In this document: one piece after another, positions 37,970-48,876 of the stretch
Numbering within the stretch: the stretch's first letter is position 1
Layout of the letters: each line of letters opens with the position of its first letter
From: an uncultured Spirochaetota bacterium
GTDB taxonomy: Bacteria > Spirochaetota > Spirochaetia > SZUA-6 > Fen-1364
Assembly: GCA_963745235.1 (NCBI GenBank)
Contig: CAVUXE010000054.1
Span: forward strand, 64,001-128,000
DNA length: 64,000 bases
Direction: 5' to 3'
The notes under the pieces: generated by a model
The model's input: only the letters and a program-made list of their open reading frames with translations
Databases searched by the model: none
Told to the model about the DNA's origin: nothing
Translations under genes and position numbers: made by a program

Positions 37970-40516
37970 CTACACGAGCGGCTGGCTGCCGCCGGGGGGA
38001 GCGCCCGCGCCCGCCCGGTCCATCACGAGCTCGTTTTTCCTCTCAACGAGCCACTGCTTCGCCTCCTGCAGGTCGGAGAAGGCCATCATGTTCTGCCCGC
38101 TCGCCTTCCTGATGGTCTCGTACACGATCCTCTTGAGCCCGTCCAGGCCAACCACGGCGGCCGCAAAGACGAACGGCTCGTTGCCCTGCGCATACTTGCG
38201 CATCTCCCCTGCTGAGGCCGGGTTGAACGCCAGGTTGCGGACATTCGTGAGCATCAGGAGAGATTTGACGCGCTGACTCCTGACCACCGGTATGGACTCC
38301 CGAATGATGGTATGCATGTCGTCCAGGGTCCCGTTGGAGAAGTCCACGTACAGGATCTGCTGGCCCTCGTGCGTGATGAAGCGTATTCGCGAGTCCGCCG
38401 AAGCAACGACGGGTTGCGGCGCAGCCGCGGTCTTCCCGGGCACCAAGGCGACCGCGTGCGCGGCACCGGCGGCTTCGGAAGCAATCTTGAATTGTCCGAC
38501 AAGCCTCTGCAGCTCCTGCGACATGTGGGAAAGCTCCTCCGTTGCCCCAGACATCTCCTCCGCGGAGGATGCTGCGGCCTGCGTCAGCTCATTCACATGC
38601 TCGACCGCGCGGGAAACCTGCCGCGCGTTGGCGGTCTGCTCCTCCGTGGCCGCCGAGATCCCCTGGCTCATCTGGCTGACTTTCTCCAGCGCCTTTGCCA
38701 GCTCACGGATGGCCCCGATCTGGCGCGACATGGACCCCGACAGCTCCCCGATCATCTGCTGGACCTTCTGCGAGCTCTCCCGTATCTGTTCCATGGCCCC
38801 GGCGGATCCGTTTGCTATCTCCACCCCCTGGGTCACGTTCTTCACGCTCTCCCTGATCAGCCCCTCGATCTCCTTGGTGGACGCCGAGGAGCGGTCCGCC
38901 AGCTTGCTGACCTCCTGCGCCACCACGGCAAACCCCCGTCCATGCTCCCCGGCGCGTGCCGCCTCGATGGAGGCGTTCAGCGCCAGCAGGTTGGTCTGGT
39001 CCGCGATGTCGGAGATCACCCCGATGATCCCCCCGATCTTCTGGGAGCTTTCCGCGATCCGCGTGATGCCCTGCACCACCTGCCCCACCGCCCGCGCCCC
39101 TTCCTGGGACTTCTCCACCGACTGGTTGGCCAGCGTGGAGATTTCCCCCAGGCTGTGGGTGACCTCGTCGATGGACCTCTGCACGTGCTCCATGGAGGTG
39201 GTGCCGTGGCTGACGGCGCTCACCTGGGCCTGGGCGTGCTCGCTGACCTGGTCCACGCTGGCGGAAAGCTCCTCCACGGAGGCGGAGGTCTCCTCCAGGG
39301 TGGAGGCCTGGTTCTGCGCGCTTTCCGCAAGGGACTGGGCGCTGGCGGAGATCTGCTGGCTGGAAACGGCAACCTGGTGCGCGCTCTCCTGCACGGTGGC
39401 CACCATGGTGGAAAGCCGCGCTGACATCGTGTTCAGCGCCTCTGCCAGCTTTCCCACTTCGTCATGCCGGTTGATGGGCAGCTGGTGGGCGAAATCCCCG
39501 GCCGCGATGGCCTGCGCGAATGCCACGCCCCGGGCCAGGGGGGCCGTGATGGAGCGGGAGAACAGCAGGTAGATGAAGAAGGCCAGGATCAGCGCTCCGG
39601 CGCTGATGACGAGGAACAGGTTTCGCAGGCTGGCCGCGGTCAGGACGTAGGCGTCTTCCTTTGTGTCCATTGCCAAACCGACGCTCCAACCCGTGCTGCC
39701 CACGGGAGAGAACCCGGCCTTCTTGGTGACCCCCTCGAACGTGTAAAAAGCGACGGCCGACTTCCCACCGACCATCGCCTTGCCCAACTCCTTCGTCCCC
39801 TCGGTTTCCAGGAGGTTCAGCTTCAGGATGTACTGCGGCTTGGGATGGGCGATGACGATACCCTTGTCATCAACCACGAACGCGTAGCCGGTGAGGCCGG
39901 CTTTTTCATCAGCGATGATCTCTGTGAGAAAGCTGATGTTGATCAGGGTCACGTAGACGCCGTAGATTGCCTTGCTTTCGGGGTCGACGATGGGGGTTGC
40001 GACAGGGACGACCGGCATGTTGGTGATCTTGCTGAAAAACACGACGCCGATGTTCGGTGTCCCGCTCATTGCCTTCGTGAAGTACGGGGTGTTGGCAATG
40101 GACATTCCCACCCAGGCGACCGTGGAGGAAGCGAACACGTTGCCGTCCCTGTCGGCAACGATTGTCGCCTCGTATGTCCAGTGGATCTGCTGATTCTTCT
40201 CGAAGGGGGAGAGCTTCCTGGAGACCTCCGGAACGATGTCCCCCGCCTTGGCGACTCCTTTTTCGTCCACCGCCTTGGCCGCCGCAATGATGTCGAAGTC
40301 ATTGGACAGGCTGAGAGCAAAGCGGGTTTCCTCCACGAAGACACGGTCTATGACTTTGGCGATCTCCCGGGACCTGCCAACGAGCTCCTGGTCTCCCAGC
40401 GTGGCCAGAGCCGCGCTGGACCTGGTGACTGCGAGGAAGGCGAGGACCGCCAGGGGAACAATGATGAGGATGGTTCCCACTGCTACCAGCTTGACGCCAA
40501 TCCGGATGTTTTTCAT
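37970..40516 (-). CDS. Methyl-accepting chemotaxis protein (TM-Cache-TM-HAMP-MCP) with an extra C-terminal STAS/SEC14-like domain
   Basis: [30 protein letters not shown], Cache-type GYAFVVD..IAHP and HAMP-type DEVGKL; about 120-aa tail ending EAKQWL. Confidence 0.92.
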   Translation of the reverse strand: MKNIRIGVKLVAVGTILIIVPLAVLAFLAVTRSSAALATLGDQELVGRSREIAKVIDRVFVEETRFALSLSNDFDIIAAAKAVDEKGVAKAGDIVPEVSRKLSPFEKNQQIHWTYEATIVADRDGNVFASSTVAWVGMSIANTPYFTKAMSGTPNIGVVFFSKITNMPVVPVATPIVDPESKAIYGVYVTLINISFLTEIIADEKAGLTGYAFVVDDKGIVIAHPKPQYILKLNLLETEGTKELGKAMVGGKSAVAFYTFEGVTKKAGFSPVGSTGWSVGLAMDTKEDAYVLTAASLRNLFLVISAGALILAFFIYLLFSRSITAPLARGVAFAQAIAAGDFAHQLPINRHDEVGKLAEALNTMSARLSTMVATVQESAHQVAVSSQQISASAQSLAESAQNQASTLEETSASVEELSASVDQVSEHAQAQVSAVSHGTTSMEHVQRSIDEVTHSLGEISTLANQSVEKSQEGARAVGQVVQGITRIAESSQKIGGIIGVISDIADQTNLLALNASIEAARAGEHGRGFAVVAQEVSKLADRSSASTKEIEGLIRESVKNVTQGVEIANGSAGAMEQIRESSQKVQQMIGELSGSMSRQIGAIRELAKALEKVSQMSQGISAATEEQTANARQVSRAVEHVNELTQAAASSAEEMSGATEELSHMSQELQRLVGQFKIASEAAGAAHAVALVPGKTAAAPQPVVASADSRIRFITHEGQQILYVDFSNGTLDDMHTIIRESIPVVRSQRVKSLLMLTNVRNLAFNPASAGEMRKYAQGNEPFVFAAAVVGLDGLKRIVYETIRKASGQNMMAFSDLQEAKQWLVERKNELVMDRAGAGAPPGGSQPLV

Positions 40517-40636
40517 ATCGTGTATCTCCAGGAAAAGACCATGGCCCAGAATTGGGATTCAATGAAAAAAGCTGCAAGGCTACCGATTGATCTTTGCCCC
40601 CATCTGTGACCCCATTGTCAATATCGCGCAAGCGGC

Positions 40637-41417
40637 CTAATCCTGCGGCAGAACGAACCTTATTGGGATAAGATACCTCGATTCAACAGCTTTTCCATTC
40701 TTGATAGCCGGGCATGAATCGGGTCTTTTTCACCGCATCCAGAGCGGCGCTGTCCAGGGAAGCAAAGCCAGAGGAGACCGTGATCCGCTCGGCTACGACT
40801 ACACCTTTTGCATCTATATCGGCCTCGACTTTCGCGAGGCCATGCTGCCCGAGCCTTCTCGCGATGGCGGGGTAGGGTGCGACGATTGGCTCAATCGGGA
40901 CAGGGTCGATGTCCGCCATGACCTCCCCTGCGGGTCCGGAAGCCCCCAAGCCGCCGGCGCTGCCGCCGGAACCGGTCCCCGCCTGACCTGCATCTCCACT
41001 GCCTTCTCCGCCCGGCCCTCCGTTTCCCGCCGAAGCGGCTGCGCCCGGCGGCACGCCCCGCGCCGCGGGCGCATCTTGCGGAGTCTGTGACGGGGGAGAT
41101 GGGGCGGTGATGGTGGAGGGAGAGGATGGAGGAGTCGGAGTGGGGGGAGCGGGGGGCAGCGTCGGCTTTTGCGGTGACGGCGCTCGTACCCGCGCGGGCT
41201 GGGGAGGCCGCGGGCCAGGGGCGCTTCTATTCCCCGGGCCGCTGCCTTCTCCTCGGGAGCTCCCCCCAATCAGCTCCACATCAACGGGAGTGATCCCCGG
41301 CCGGACGACAACAAGGTTGCCGCGTGCGACAAGCCACGCGAACACCAGGAAGAGAAGGGCGTGTGCCGCGATGGCCAGCACAACCGAGGGAAATAGGTTG
41401 TCGCCCTTCTCTTTCAT
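40637..41417 (-). CDS. tonB: Energy transducer TonB; +1 frameshift near 40710
   Basis: N-terminal anchor with A..H, Pro-rich linker and YP..ARR..G..SSG..LD.AA. The corrected end reads FMPAIKNGKAVESRYLIPIRFVLPQD. Confidence 0.85.
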
Positions 41418-41423
41418 GTCTCC

Positions 41424-43448
41424 CTACAGTTTCAGCTGCATCCCGGTCACGACAGAGAACGGGGGCATGGGGTAGCCGGGATCAGAGGGGCCGAAGCCTG
41501 CCTCAGTGTAATACGTGACGTTCAATATGTTCAGGAGCTTCACTGAGAACGACATGCTGTCGGTCACCGCGAGGGCATACTCCGCGTTCAGAACAAAGTA
41601 GCCGGGAAGGACCCATGAGGGGCTGGTGACGGGGTTGACGAACTTCTCACTCACGTATCGCATCTCGATTCTCGCGGTATTGATCGAATCCTGGTATCTG
41701 GCGGCAATGCTGAGATTGTGGGTGGGGACGTACGGAACCCTCAAATCATCGGAAAGCCCGTAGCTCTGTCCGAGGTATGCCAGGAGCAGGCTGTAAATGA
41801 AAGTATAACTCACTTCCACGGACACACCCTGGATCACGGCAGCCTTCACGCTGATTTCAGCGCCGGGAAGAAGGGATTCCTGAATGTTCACGGGAGTCTC
41901 GATGTAGACGGTGGGTTGGCCCGCTGAGCTGGCGTAGTTGCCCCAGCCGATCTGGTTGAAAAGCAGCCGCGTGAAGAACGACATCTCGAACGACAGCTGC
42001 TTTCCCGCGTACGCCGCCCCTATCTCGCCGCTGTACGATGTTTCCGGCTGCAGGTTCGGATTGCCGTACGAGTAGTACGAGTTGCTGTAGATATCCGTGC
42101 CGTCGAACGAATACCAGTACAGGTCCTCGAAAGTCGGCACCCTGTATGCGCTGCCGAATGATGCCTTGAGCGAGGTCAGGTCCGACAGGAGAAGCACGGT
42201 CCCCACCTGCCAGGAAAGGTAGCCGGGGAAGTCCGAGTAGTAGTCGTATCGGACAGACGGCGTGACGGTGAGTGATTCCAGCGGAGAGAAGGGGAGGGAC
42301 ACGAATCCAGCCAGCGTCAGCCGATCCCTCTGTGTGGAAAGGTTCGTGCTGTTCACCGTTTCATAGGAACCGGTGCCTCCATAGACCGCGGATGCGATAT
42401 CCGAGAATGCAAACTTCTGCGTGAGATCGAGGTTCACGGTATTGCCCGTGTGGATGCTCGTGAACGCGAACAACCCGGGATTCTGGAGAGTCTCGTTGGC
42501 GTATCGATATGATCCTTTCAGATCCAGGGAAAGCCTGTCGCTGAAGAAGCTGCTCGTTCCATAGGAGAATGACCCGTCCGCGGTGGTGTCCTCCTGGGAC
42601 TCCTGGCTGCTCGCCCCGACCAGGGAGCCCGGCACTCCGATGAGGGAATGATCGAAGGAGCCTTTTCCGGAAAGCGAGCCTCCGAGGAACGGCACCTGGA
42701 GACCCGCATAGGCGCTCTGCGCCATGTCCTGGGCGTTGTTTCTCTGCCTCCAGTCACCGAGGTTCGCCGTATCATCCCATAGGAAGGCGTTCATCGCGCG
42801 TGTGAAGGAGCCGCCGCCGGTCAATCCGACATCCCCCAGCTTGCCGGCAAGTGAGAGGTTCACGTTCTGGTTGTCCAGCAGGCTCAGGGCGGAGGCGGGA
42901 ACCGAATAGGTCCCCGTTTCGGTCACCGCGGTTCCCGCATGCGGTATGTAGCTGCCATTTTCGACGCTGAGAGAAATGCTTGGCGCGTCGGCCTTCTTCG
43001 TTATGACATCGATCACCCCGCCCACGGCGCCGGTGCCCCACAGGGCGCTCACGCCTCCGCGGATTATCTCGATGTGGTCGATGCTGGCCACCGGGATCCG
43101 TGACAGGTCAACGGATCCGTCAAAGCTCGAGTTCAGCCGGATGCCGTCAACAAGGACAAGGACCTGCGAGGAGGTGGAGCCTCGAATGCTCACCGTCTTG
43201 GTCTGCCCCTGCGGGCCGTAATCGTTGACAACCACTCCGCTTTGCGCCGCGAGGACCGCCGACAGGTCGGCAGCCCCCGATTCGCTGATGTCCTGCTGCG
43301 TGACGACCGTCGCGAAGCTCGGTGAATTGAGAATGTCGGTTGGTATCCGCGTGGCCGAAATGACCACCTCCGGCAGCTCGGGCAGGTCTTCGGCCCACAC
43401 GCGAGCGCTCAGGAGGGCGAGTGCACAGAGCGCAATCCTTCTGTCCAT
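41424..43448 (-). CDS. TonB-dependent receptor, probably for cobalamin (BtuB-like)
   Basis: TonB box EVVISATR, plug IRG..VLVLVDG..IEIIRG and GNPNLQPE; lies downstream of a cobalamin riboswitch. Confidence 0.9.
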   Translation of the reverse strand: MDRRIALCALALLSARVWAEDLPELPEVVISATRIPTDILNSPSFATVVTQQDISESGAADLSAVLAAQSGVVVNDYGPQGQTKTVSIRGSTSSQVLVLVDGIRLNSSFDGSVDLSRIPVASIDHIEIIRGGVSALWGTGAVGGVIDVITKKADAPSISLSVENGSYIPHAGTAVTETGTYSVPASALSLLDNQNVNLSLAGKLGDVGLTGGGSFTRAMNAFLWDDTANLGDWRQRNNAQDMAQSAYAGLQVPFLGGSLSGKGSFDHSLIGVPGSLVGASSQESQEDTTADGSFSYGTSSFFSDRLSLDLKGSYRYANETLQNPGLFAFTSIHTGNTVNLDLTQKFAFSDIASAVYGGTGSYETVNSTNLSTQRDRLTLAGFVSLPFSPLESLTVTPSVRYDYYSDFPGYLSWQVGTVLLLSDLTSLKASFGSAYRVPTFEDLYWYSFDGTDIYSNSYYSYGNPNLQPETSYSGEIGAAYAGKQLSFEMSFFTRLLFNQIGWGNYASSAGQPTVYIETPVNIQESLLPGAEISVKAAVIQGVSVEVSYTFIYSLLLAYLGQSYGLSDDLRVPYVPTHNLSIAARYQDSINTARIEMRYVSEKFVNPVTSPSWVLPGYFVLNAEYALAVTDSMSFSVKLLNILNVTYYTEAGFGPSDPGYPMPPFSVVTGMQLKL

Positions 43449-43574
43449 GGGGACTCCCCGGCCGTTCTCTCCGGGCCTTCAAGCTGAATCCTGACAGGAT
43501 GTGAAAGGTGTGGTGATGGAAGCTCAAAACCAGGCGCCATGAAACCCTTTCCTCGAAGGCACTCGGGTTCCCGG

Positions 43575-43740
43575 GATCGTCTCCTGGCTCTCGGATCGTC
43601 TTACTCGCAGCGCCTTCTCACCTTTCCCTGGAAAAAGGTGATGACTGTCAGAACGTCACCGTTCCTGCTGCTTTCATCCCCGATTACAGTGGCGGGACCG
43701 CTGCGGATTTCCACCGCATTCCGTTGTCCCTGGAACGAAC
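43575..43740 (-). promoter_or_regulatory. Cobalamin riboswitch
   Basis: Minus strand reads GGAATGCGGTGGAAATCCGCAGCGGTCCCGCCACTGTAA, later GAGAAGG and the B12 box GAGCCAGGAGAC; upstream of a TonB-dependent receptor. Confidence 0.9.
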
Positions 43741-43816
43741 AGCGCGCGTTCTTCATACGTCAATTGCGCCTTCCCGTCAAGGCCGGCTGATGATTGCCGG
43801 GGGAAAGGAAAGACCC

Positions 43817-44188
43817 ATGGCGGAAAAGCAGAAATATTCCATCAACCTGGAAGCCAGGTTCGGCCCCCTGGAGCTGATCGATGTCCCCGGGCTCGTGGCG
43901 GAGTGCAAGGAAGAGTGGTTCAACCAGACCCTCTGCCGCGTGAACGAGAGCGTCGCCCGGCTGGGGATCCTGCACGGTGAGTTTCACTGGCACAAGCACG
44001 ACGCGGAAGACGAGTTTTTCTTCGTGCTCGAGGGCCGGCTCCTGATAGACCTGGAGGGACGCGTGGTCACCCTGGAGCCCCACCAGGGATTCATGGTCCC
44101 CCGCACCGTGCTCCACAGGACGCGGGCGCCGCAGCGCACGGTTGTCCTGATGGTGGAGAAGAGCTCGGTCAAACCCACCGGTGATTGA
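43817..44188 (+). CDS. Cupin domain protein
   Basis: GEFHWHKH..EDEFF.VLEG and VPRTVLHRT. Confidence 0.88.
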   Translation: MAEKQKYSINLEARFGPLELIDVPGLVAECKEEWFNQTLCRVNESVARLGILHGEFHWHKHDAEDEFFFVLEGRLLIDLEGRVVTLEPHQGFMVPRTVLHRTRAPQRTVVLMVEKSSVKPTGD

Positions 44189-44211
44189 GCCTGCCGGTGA
44201 TCGAGGCAGTC

Positions 44212-46110
44212 ATGGATGCCGTGGAGCGCTTCAGCGTCTCGGGGTCCCGGCTCGTGGATCAGCACGGCCGCACGCTCATGCTCCGTGGCGCGAATGTCGG
44301 CGGTTCGAGCAAGGTCCCCCGAGCCCCCAACGGCGCAACGCACATCCGTGAAGGATTCCTGGACCACCGCCTCGTCTCTTTCGTGGGAAGACCGTTCCCG
44401 CTGGGGGAGGCAGACGAGCACTTCGCGCGGCTTCGGGAATGGGGAATGACTTTCCTCCGCCTGGTGGTCACCTGGGAGGCCGTGGAGCATGCCGGCCCGG
44501 GCATCTATGACGAGGAGTACCTCCAGTACCTGCGAGCCGTGATCATGAAAGCGAACCACCACGGCATTTCCCTCCTGATCGATCCCCACCAGGACGTGTG
44601 GAGCAGGTGGTGCGGCGGAGACGGGGCGCCCGGCTGGACGCTGGAAGCGGCTGGTTTCGACCTTGCCAGGCTGGATGAGACCGGAGCGGCCGTCACGCAC
44701 CAGGCAGTCGGCGACCCGCTGCCCCCCATGATCTGGCCGACAAACAGCGGCAAGCTCGCTGCCGCGACAATGTTCACGCTGTTCTTCGGCGGAAACGATT
44801 TCGCGCCCCGCGCCACGGTGGACGGGGAACCGATCCAGGAATACCTGCAGCGTCACTACATAAGCGCCATCTGCCGGGCGGCAGCGCTCCTGCGGGACCT
44901 GCCCAACGTGGCAGGATATGGCACCATGAACGAGCCGCTCCCCGGCTACATCGGGTGGGAGGACCTGAACGCCGCGGGAGGAATAGTCACGCTCGGCAGA
45001 TGTCCCACGGCCTTCCAGGGCATGCTCCTGGGAGACGGCATTCCCCAGGAAGTCGGCGTCTGGAAGATGGGGTCTGCGCGCATCAATCGTGTCGGCACGG
45101 AGACAGCGAATCCCGAACGCGCACGCGCCTGGAGACCCGGCCTTGACTGCGTGTGGCGCCAGAACGGAGTGTGGGGCCTGGATGGGGCCGGCAAGCCCGC
45201 TCTGCTGCGGCCGGACCACTTCACGCGAGTGAGGGCCGCGCGGGTCGACTTCACCAACGACTATTACCGCCCTTTTGCGCGGCGTTTTGCCCGCGCCGTC
45301 CGCGAGGTGGACCCGCGCGCCCTCGTTTTCATCGAGGCGGAGGCCAACCGCCAGCTGCCGAGCTGGTCGGCGGAGGACGGAGGGGACGTCGTCTTTGCCC
45401 CGCATTGGTACGATGACATCCTCCTGGCCAGGAAGCATCTCACCTCCTGGATGGCAGTGGATTCCTCGGTCATGAAGGTCGTCCTCGGCAGGAAGGCGGT
45501 CCGCCGGTCCTTGCGCAACCAGCTGGCAAGGCTTGCGCGCGCGGCGCGGGAGAAGGCGGGAGGCATTCCGACCCTGCTTGCAGAGTTCGGGGTGCCGTTT
45601 GACCTGGACGGCGGCTGGGCTTACCGGACAGGAGACTTCAGCGCCCAGGAGAAAGCGCTCCAGCGAAGCTTCGCCGCCATCGAGGAGAACCTGCTCAGCT
45701 GCGCCATCTGGAACTACGACTCGGAGAACACGAACGCGCGCGGGGACCAGTGGAACGGTGAGGACCTGTCGATCTTCAGCACGGACCAGCGCGGGGATGC
45801 CGGAGACATCAATTGCGGAGGCCGGGGACTGCGCGCGTTCGTGCGGCCCTACCCGCGCGCCACGGCGGGGGAGGCGCTCCGCATGCGCTTCGACATGCAT
45901 CGGCGCACCTTCGAGCTCGTCTTCCGCCACGACCCCCGCGCGAGCGCGCCCACGGAGATCTTTGTTCCCCGGCTCCAGTACCCCGGCGGCTACACGGTGG
46001 CTGTGAGCGATGGCACGTTCGCGCGCAGGCCGGAGAGCCAGGTCCTGGAGTACCGGCATGGGACGGGGCAGGCGGAGCACTGGGTGCGCCTTGCGCCGGA
46101 GAAAGGGTGA
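44212..46110 (+). CDS. GH5 glycoside hydrolase, endoglycoceramidase-related (start 44185 or 44212)
   Basis: RGANVGGSSK, WEAVEH.GPG.YD, IDPHQDVWSR..GGDGAP.W, acid/base NEP, nucleophile EFG, WNY and GDQWNGEDLSIFS. Confidence 0.88.
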   Translation: MDAVERFSVSGSRLVDQHGRTLMLRGANVGGSSKVPRAPNGATHIREGFLDHRLVSFVGRPFPLGEADEHFARLREWGMTFLRLVVTWEAVEHAGPGIYDEEYLQYLRAVIMKANHHGISLLIDPHQDVWSRWCGGDGAPGWTLEAAGFDLARLDETGAAVTHQAVGDPLPPMIWPTNSGKLAAATMFTLFFGGNDFAPRATVDGEPIQEYLQRHYISAICRAAALLRDLPNVAGYGTMNEPLPGYIGWEDLNAAGGIVTLGRCPTAFQGMLLGDGIPQEVGVWKMGSARINRVGTETANPERARAWRPGLDCVWRQNGVWGLDGAGKPALLRPDHFTRVRAARVDFTNDYYRPFARRFARAVREVDPRALVFIEAEANRQLPSWSAEDGGDVVFAPHWYDDILLARKHLTSWMAVDSSVMKVVLGRKAVRRSLRNQLARLARAAREKAGGIPTLLAEFGVPFDLDGGWAYRTGDFSAQEKALQRSFAAIEENLLSCAIWNYDSENTNARGDQWNGEDLSIFSTDQRGDAGDINCGGRGLRAFVRPYPRATAGEALRMRFDMHRRTFELVFRHDPRASAPTEIFVPRLQYPGGYTVAVSDGTFARRPESQVLEYRHGTGQAEHWVRLAPEKG

Positions 46111-46114
46111 CACA

Positions 46115-46807
46115 ATGAAAACGATTGGCCTCATTGGCGGCATGAGCTGGGAGTCCTCGATCGAGTACTACCGGATCATCAACCAGGAAGTCAGGAACAG
46201 GCTCGGCAAGCTTCACTCTGCTCAAAGTCTCATGTACTCGGTGGATTTCGCGCCCATGGAGAGACTGCAGCGCGATGGGAAGTGGGACGAGGCGACACGG
46301 TGCATGATCGATGCCGCGCAGCGGCTGGAGAATGGCGGAGCGGACTTTGTCGTCATCTGCACAAACACGATGCACAGGATGGCGGATGAGGTGCAGGCAG
46401 CCATCCGAATACCGCTCCTGCACGTGGTGGATGCAACGGCGGGTGTCGTGAAGCAGCGCGGCCTGACATCAGTGGGCCTGCTTGGCACGCGCTTCACGAT
46501 GGAGGAAGACTTCTACCGAGGCCGGCTGGAAAGGAAGCACGGGTTGGAAGTCCATGTCCCTGAGGCCGCTGATCGCGAGCTGGTTCACCGCGTGATCTAC
46601 GAGGAGCTTGTGGCGGGAGAGCTGAAGCGGGAATCAAAAGAGGCGTTCTTGTCGATCATCCATCGCCTGGTCCGCGCGGGGGCCCGGGGGATCATCCTGG
46701 GATGCACGGAGATCGGCCTCCTTGTGAAGGATGAGGACTGCACGGTGCCTTTGTTCGATACCACGCGGATCCACGCGCTTGCGGCAGTGGAGCAGGCGCT
46801 TTCCTGA
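46115..46807 (+). CDS. Aspartate/glutamate racemase family protein (YgeA/RacX-like)
   Basis: GLIGGMSWES, CTNTMH, LLGTRFTM and ILGCTEI. Confidence 0.92.
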   Translation: MKTIGLIGGMSWESSIEYYRIINQEVRNRLGKLHSAQSLMYSVDFAPMERLQRDGKWDEATRCMIDAAQRLENGGADFVVICTNTMHRMADEVQAAIRIPLLHVVDATAGVVKQRGLTSVGLLGTRFTMEEDFYRGRLERKHGLEVHVPEAADRELVHRVIYEELVAGELKRESKEAFLSIIHRLVRAGARGIILGCTEIGLLVKDEDCTVPLFDTTRIHALAAVEQALS

Positions 46808-46813
46808 AAGCTC

Positions 46814-47890
46814 TCAGGTCATTCTCAGGGACGGCTCGGGCCGGGACGGGTGGAAAGCGGCTTCTTGCAGAAGCCTCACGGTGATTCCGTTCCCTGAAAC
46901 CGCCCTGGCAACTGCCTCCCGCACCGTGGACTGAAGGGCTTCCGCGCCACCCTCTGTCCTCGCGTTGATCGTGACACCCAGGACCGTGCCGTCAATAGCA
47001 TGAACCTCGGTCGGTTCGGCGTGGTCCTGCGTGATGCTGAGCTTGAAGGAGCCGCCGGCGTGCCGGACGTGGATCTTCAGGTGGCCCACCGGGCGGCCCG
47101 CTCCGTGGACGGCAACGCGAAGCTCGTGGATCAGGCGCTGCACGACCTCCTGTCCTTTGTCCGAGGGGAGATCGATTGCCAGGGAAGCGTCGTACCAGGC
47201 AAGGCCCATCTCTCCATGGGCGTACCTGTCGTAGTCGACCCGGATTGCCCTGTGCTCCGACCCGCCATCGTTCTTCTCCAGCGTGTCTATCCACGTCAGC
47301 AGGTTTCCCGAGTCCAGAGAGCTTTGGAGAAGGAGCGTCTTGTCCGGGTAGCGCTCCTTCCCTTTCTGCAGTATCTCCTGTGCCGCGTCGGTCGACAGGA
47401 GATCCGCCTTGTTCAGAACGAGGATTTCGGCTTCCTCGATCTGCGTGTCGAAGATGTATTGCACATCTTCGCTGAACGGCAGGGGCCGATTGAAAAGGCG
47501 CTGCCTGAGGAGACGAATGTCGGTGAAGACACTCAGCCGTCCGATCCGTCTCTGCGCTCGATTCGAAGCCACGAGCGGCTTGAGCACCGTGGCCACCAGG
47601 TCCGTGCAGCTGCCCACGGGCTCGGCAAACACGACACGGGGACCCGTGGCCCGCTCCAGCTGCTCGATCATTCCCTGGAGCGCGGGAAAGTTGCAGCAAA
47701 AGCAGCCGCCCGTGACCTCGGATGCGGGGATGCCCGCGGCCCGAATGAGCTCCGTGTCGACAAGGGAGCGCCCCTGGTCGTTTGTGACGACTCCCACGGA
47801 GACTCCCTTGCCCCTCAGGAGCGCGGAGGCTCCGAGGATTGCGGTGGTTTTGCCGCTTCCCAGGAAGCCGCCGACCAGGTGTATCTCCAC
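46814..47890 (-). CDS. CobW-like (G3E family) GTPase
   Basis: GGFLGSGKTT, TNDQG, GGCFCC, EPVGSCTD, LNKAD and GHLK. Confidence 0.85.
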   Translation of the reverse strand: MEIHLVGGFLGSGKTTAILGASALLRGKGVSVGVVTNDQGRSLVDTELIRAAGIPASEVTGGCFCCNFPALQGMIEQLERATGPRVVFAEPVGSCTDLVATVLKPLVASNRAQRRIGRLSVFTDIRLLRQRLFNRPLPFSEDVQYIFDTQIEEAEILVLNKADLLSTDAAQEILQKGKERYPDKTLLLQSSLDSGNLLTWIDTLEKNDGGSEHRAIRVDYDRYAHGEMGLAWYDASLAIDLPSDKGQEVVQRLIHELRVAVHGAGRPVGHLKIHVRHAGGSFKLSITQDHAEPTEVHAIDGTVLGVTINARTEGGAEALQSTVREAVARAVSGNGITVRLLQEAAFHPSRPEPSLRMT

Positions 47891-48876
47891 TACAGTGACT
47901 CCCGCATCACGAGCTCCGCTTCGATGAGACGCGCGGGGCATGATTCGGCCTCCCCTTTCATGAGGAGCTTGAGGACGTCGAAGGCTTCCCGCGCAATCCT
48001 GTCCGTCGGATATGCGATGGTGGTCAGGGCCGGTTGGATATATTTCAGGATGTCGATGTCATCAAATCCGACCAGGCCGATGTCACCAGGCACGCGCATG
48101 CCCCACGTGGAAAGGAGCCGCAGGCATTCCAGGGCATAGATGTCGCTGGAGCACATGATTGCAGTGCGCCGCCCGCCGTCCTTCACCATCTCAGCCAGGG
48201 CCTGGCCGAAGTGCTTGTCGCGGATGACCATGGGCTCCAGGGACAGCTCCCGGGTTCCCTCGCGAAAGCCCTCGTAGCGCTCCTCCACCTCATAGATGTT
48301 CTCTTTTCCCCCGTAGGAAAGGGGCGGGCTCACGTAAACCACCCTCCGGTAGCCCTTCTGCGAGACCACCGCGAGCATGCTGCGGATGGCCTGCCTGTCC
48401 TTGAGCCCGACGAAGGGAATGGTCTGCGAGATCCTGTTCCCGATTGCGACCACCGGGACCGGCAGGCTCTTCACGAACCGATTGAACTCGTTCCCCTTGT
48501 TCGTCGGCACGATGAGCGCGCCGTCCACATTCTGGCTGGCCAGGTGCTCCAGGCATTCGCGTTCCTGGGACAGGTCATGGTGGGAAAGCGTCAGGTAGAC
48601 GAAATACCCCGATTCCCTGGCCGCTTTCTCGATGGCGTTCACCAGCTGGGCGAAGAAGCGGTTGTCCAGATCATAGACCACCACCCCGACGGTGGAGGTC
48701 CGCCCGGTCTTGAGACTGCGGGCAACGAGGTGGGGGCGGTACCCCAGCTCCCGGCCGGCGCGCAGGATGCGTTCTTTCGTCTGCGGGTTGATTCCCGCCC
48801 GGCCGTTGAGCGCCCTGTCCACGGTGCCGATGGAGACTCCGCAGATCCTGGCAAGCTCCTTGGAAGTGATCCTCAC
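47890..48876 (-). CDS. LacI family transcriptional regulator
   Basis: ELARICGVSIGTVDRAL, ARSL and VPGDIGLVGFDD..PALTTI. Confidence 0.93.
   Translation of the reverse strand: MRITSKELARICGVSIGTVDRALNGRAGINPQTKERILRAGRELGYRPHLVARSLKTGRTSTVGVVVYDLDNRFFAQLVNAIEKAARESGYFVYLTLSHHDLSQERECLEHLASQNVDGALIVPTNKGNEFNRFVKSLPVPVVAIGNRISQTIPFVGLKDRQAIRSMLAVVSQKGYRRVVYVSPPLSYGGKENIYEVEERYEGFREGTRELSLEPMVIRDKHFGQALAEMVKDGGRRTAIMCSSDIYALECLRLLSTWGMRVPGDIGLVGFDDIDILKYIQPALTTIAYPTDRIAREAFDVLKLLMKGEAESCPARLIEAELVMRESL

Noticed and set aside
40520-40630. Possible c-di-GMP riboswitch upstream of the MCP (GGTCAC...GGGCAAA on the minus strand)
   Set aside because: It lacks the GNRA-capped second stem and the GGGACGCAAA-like element.
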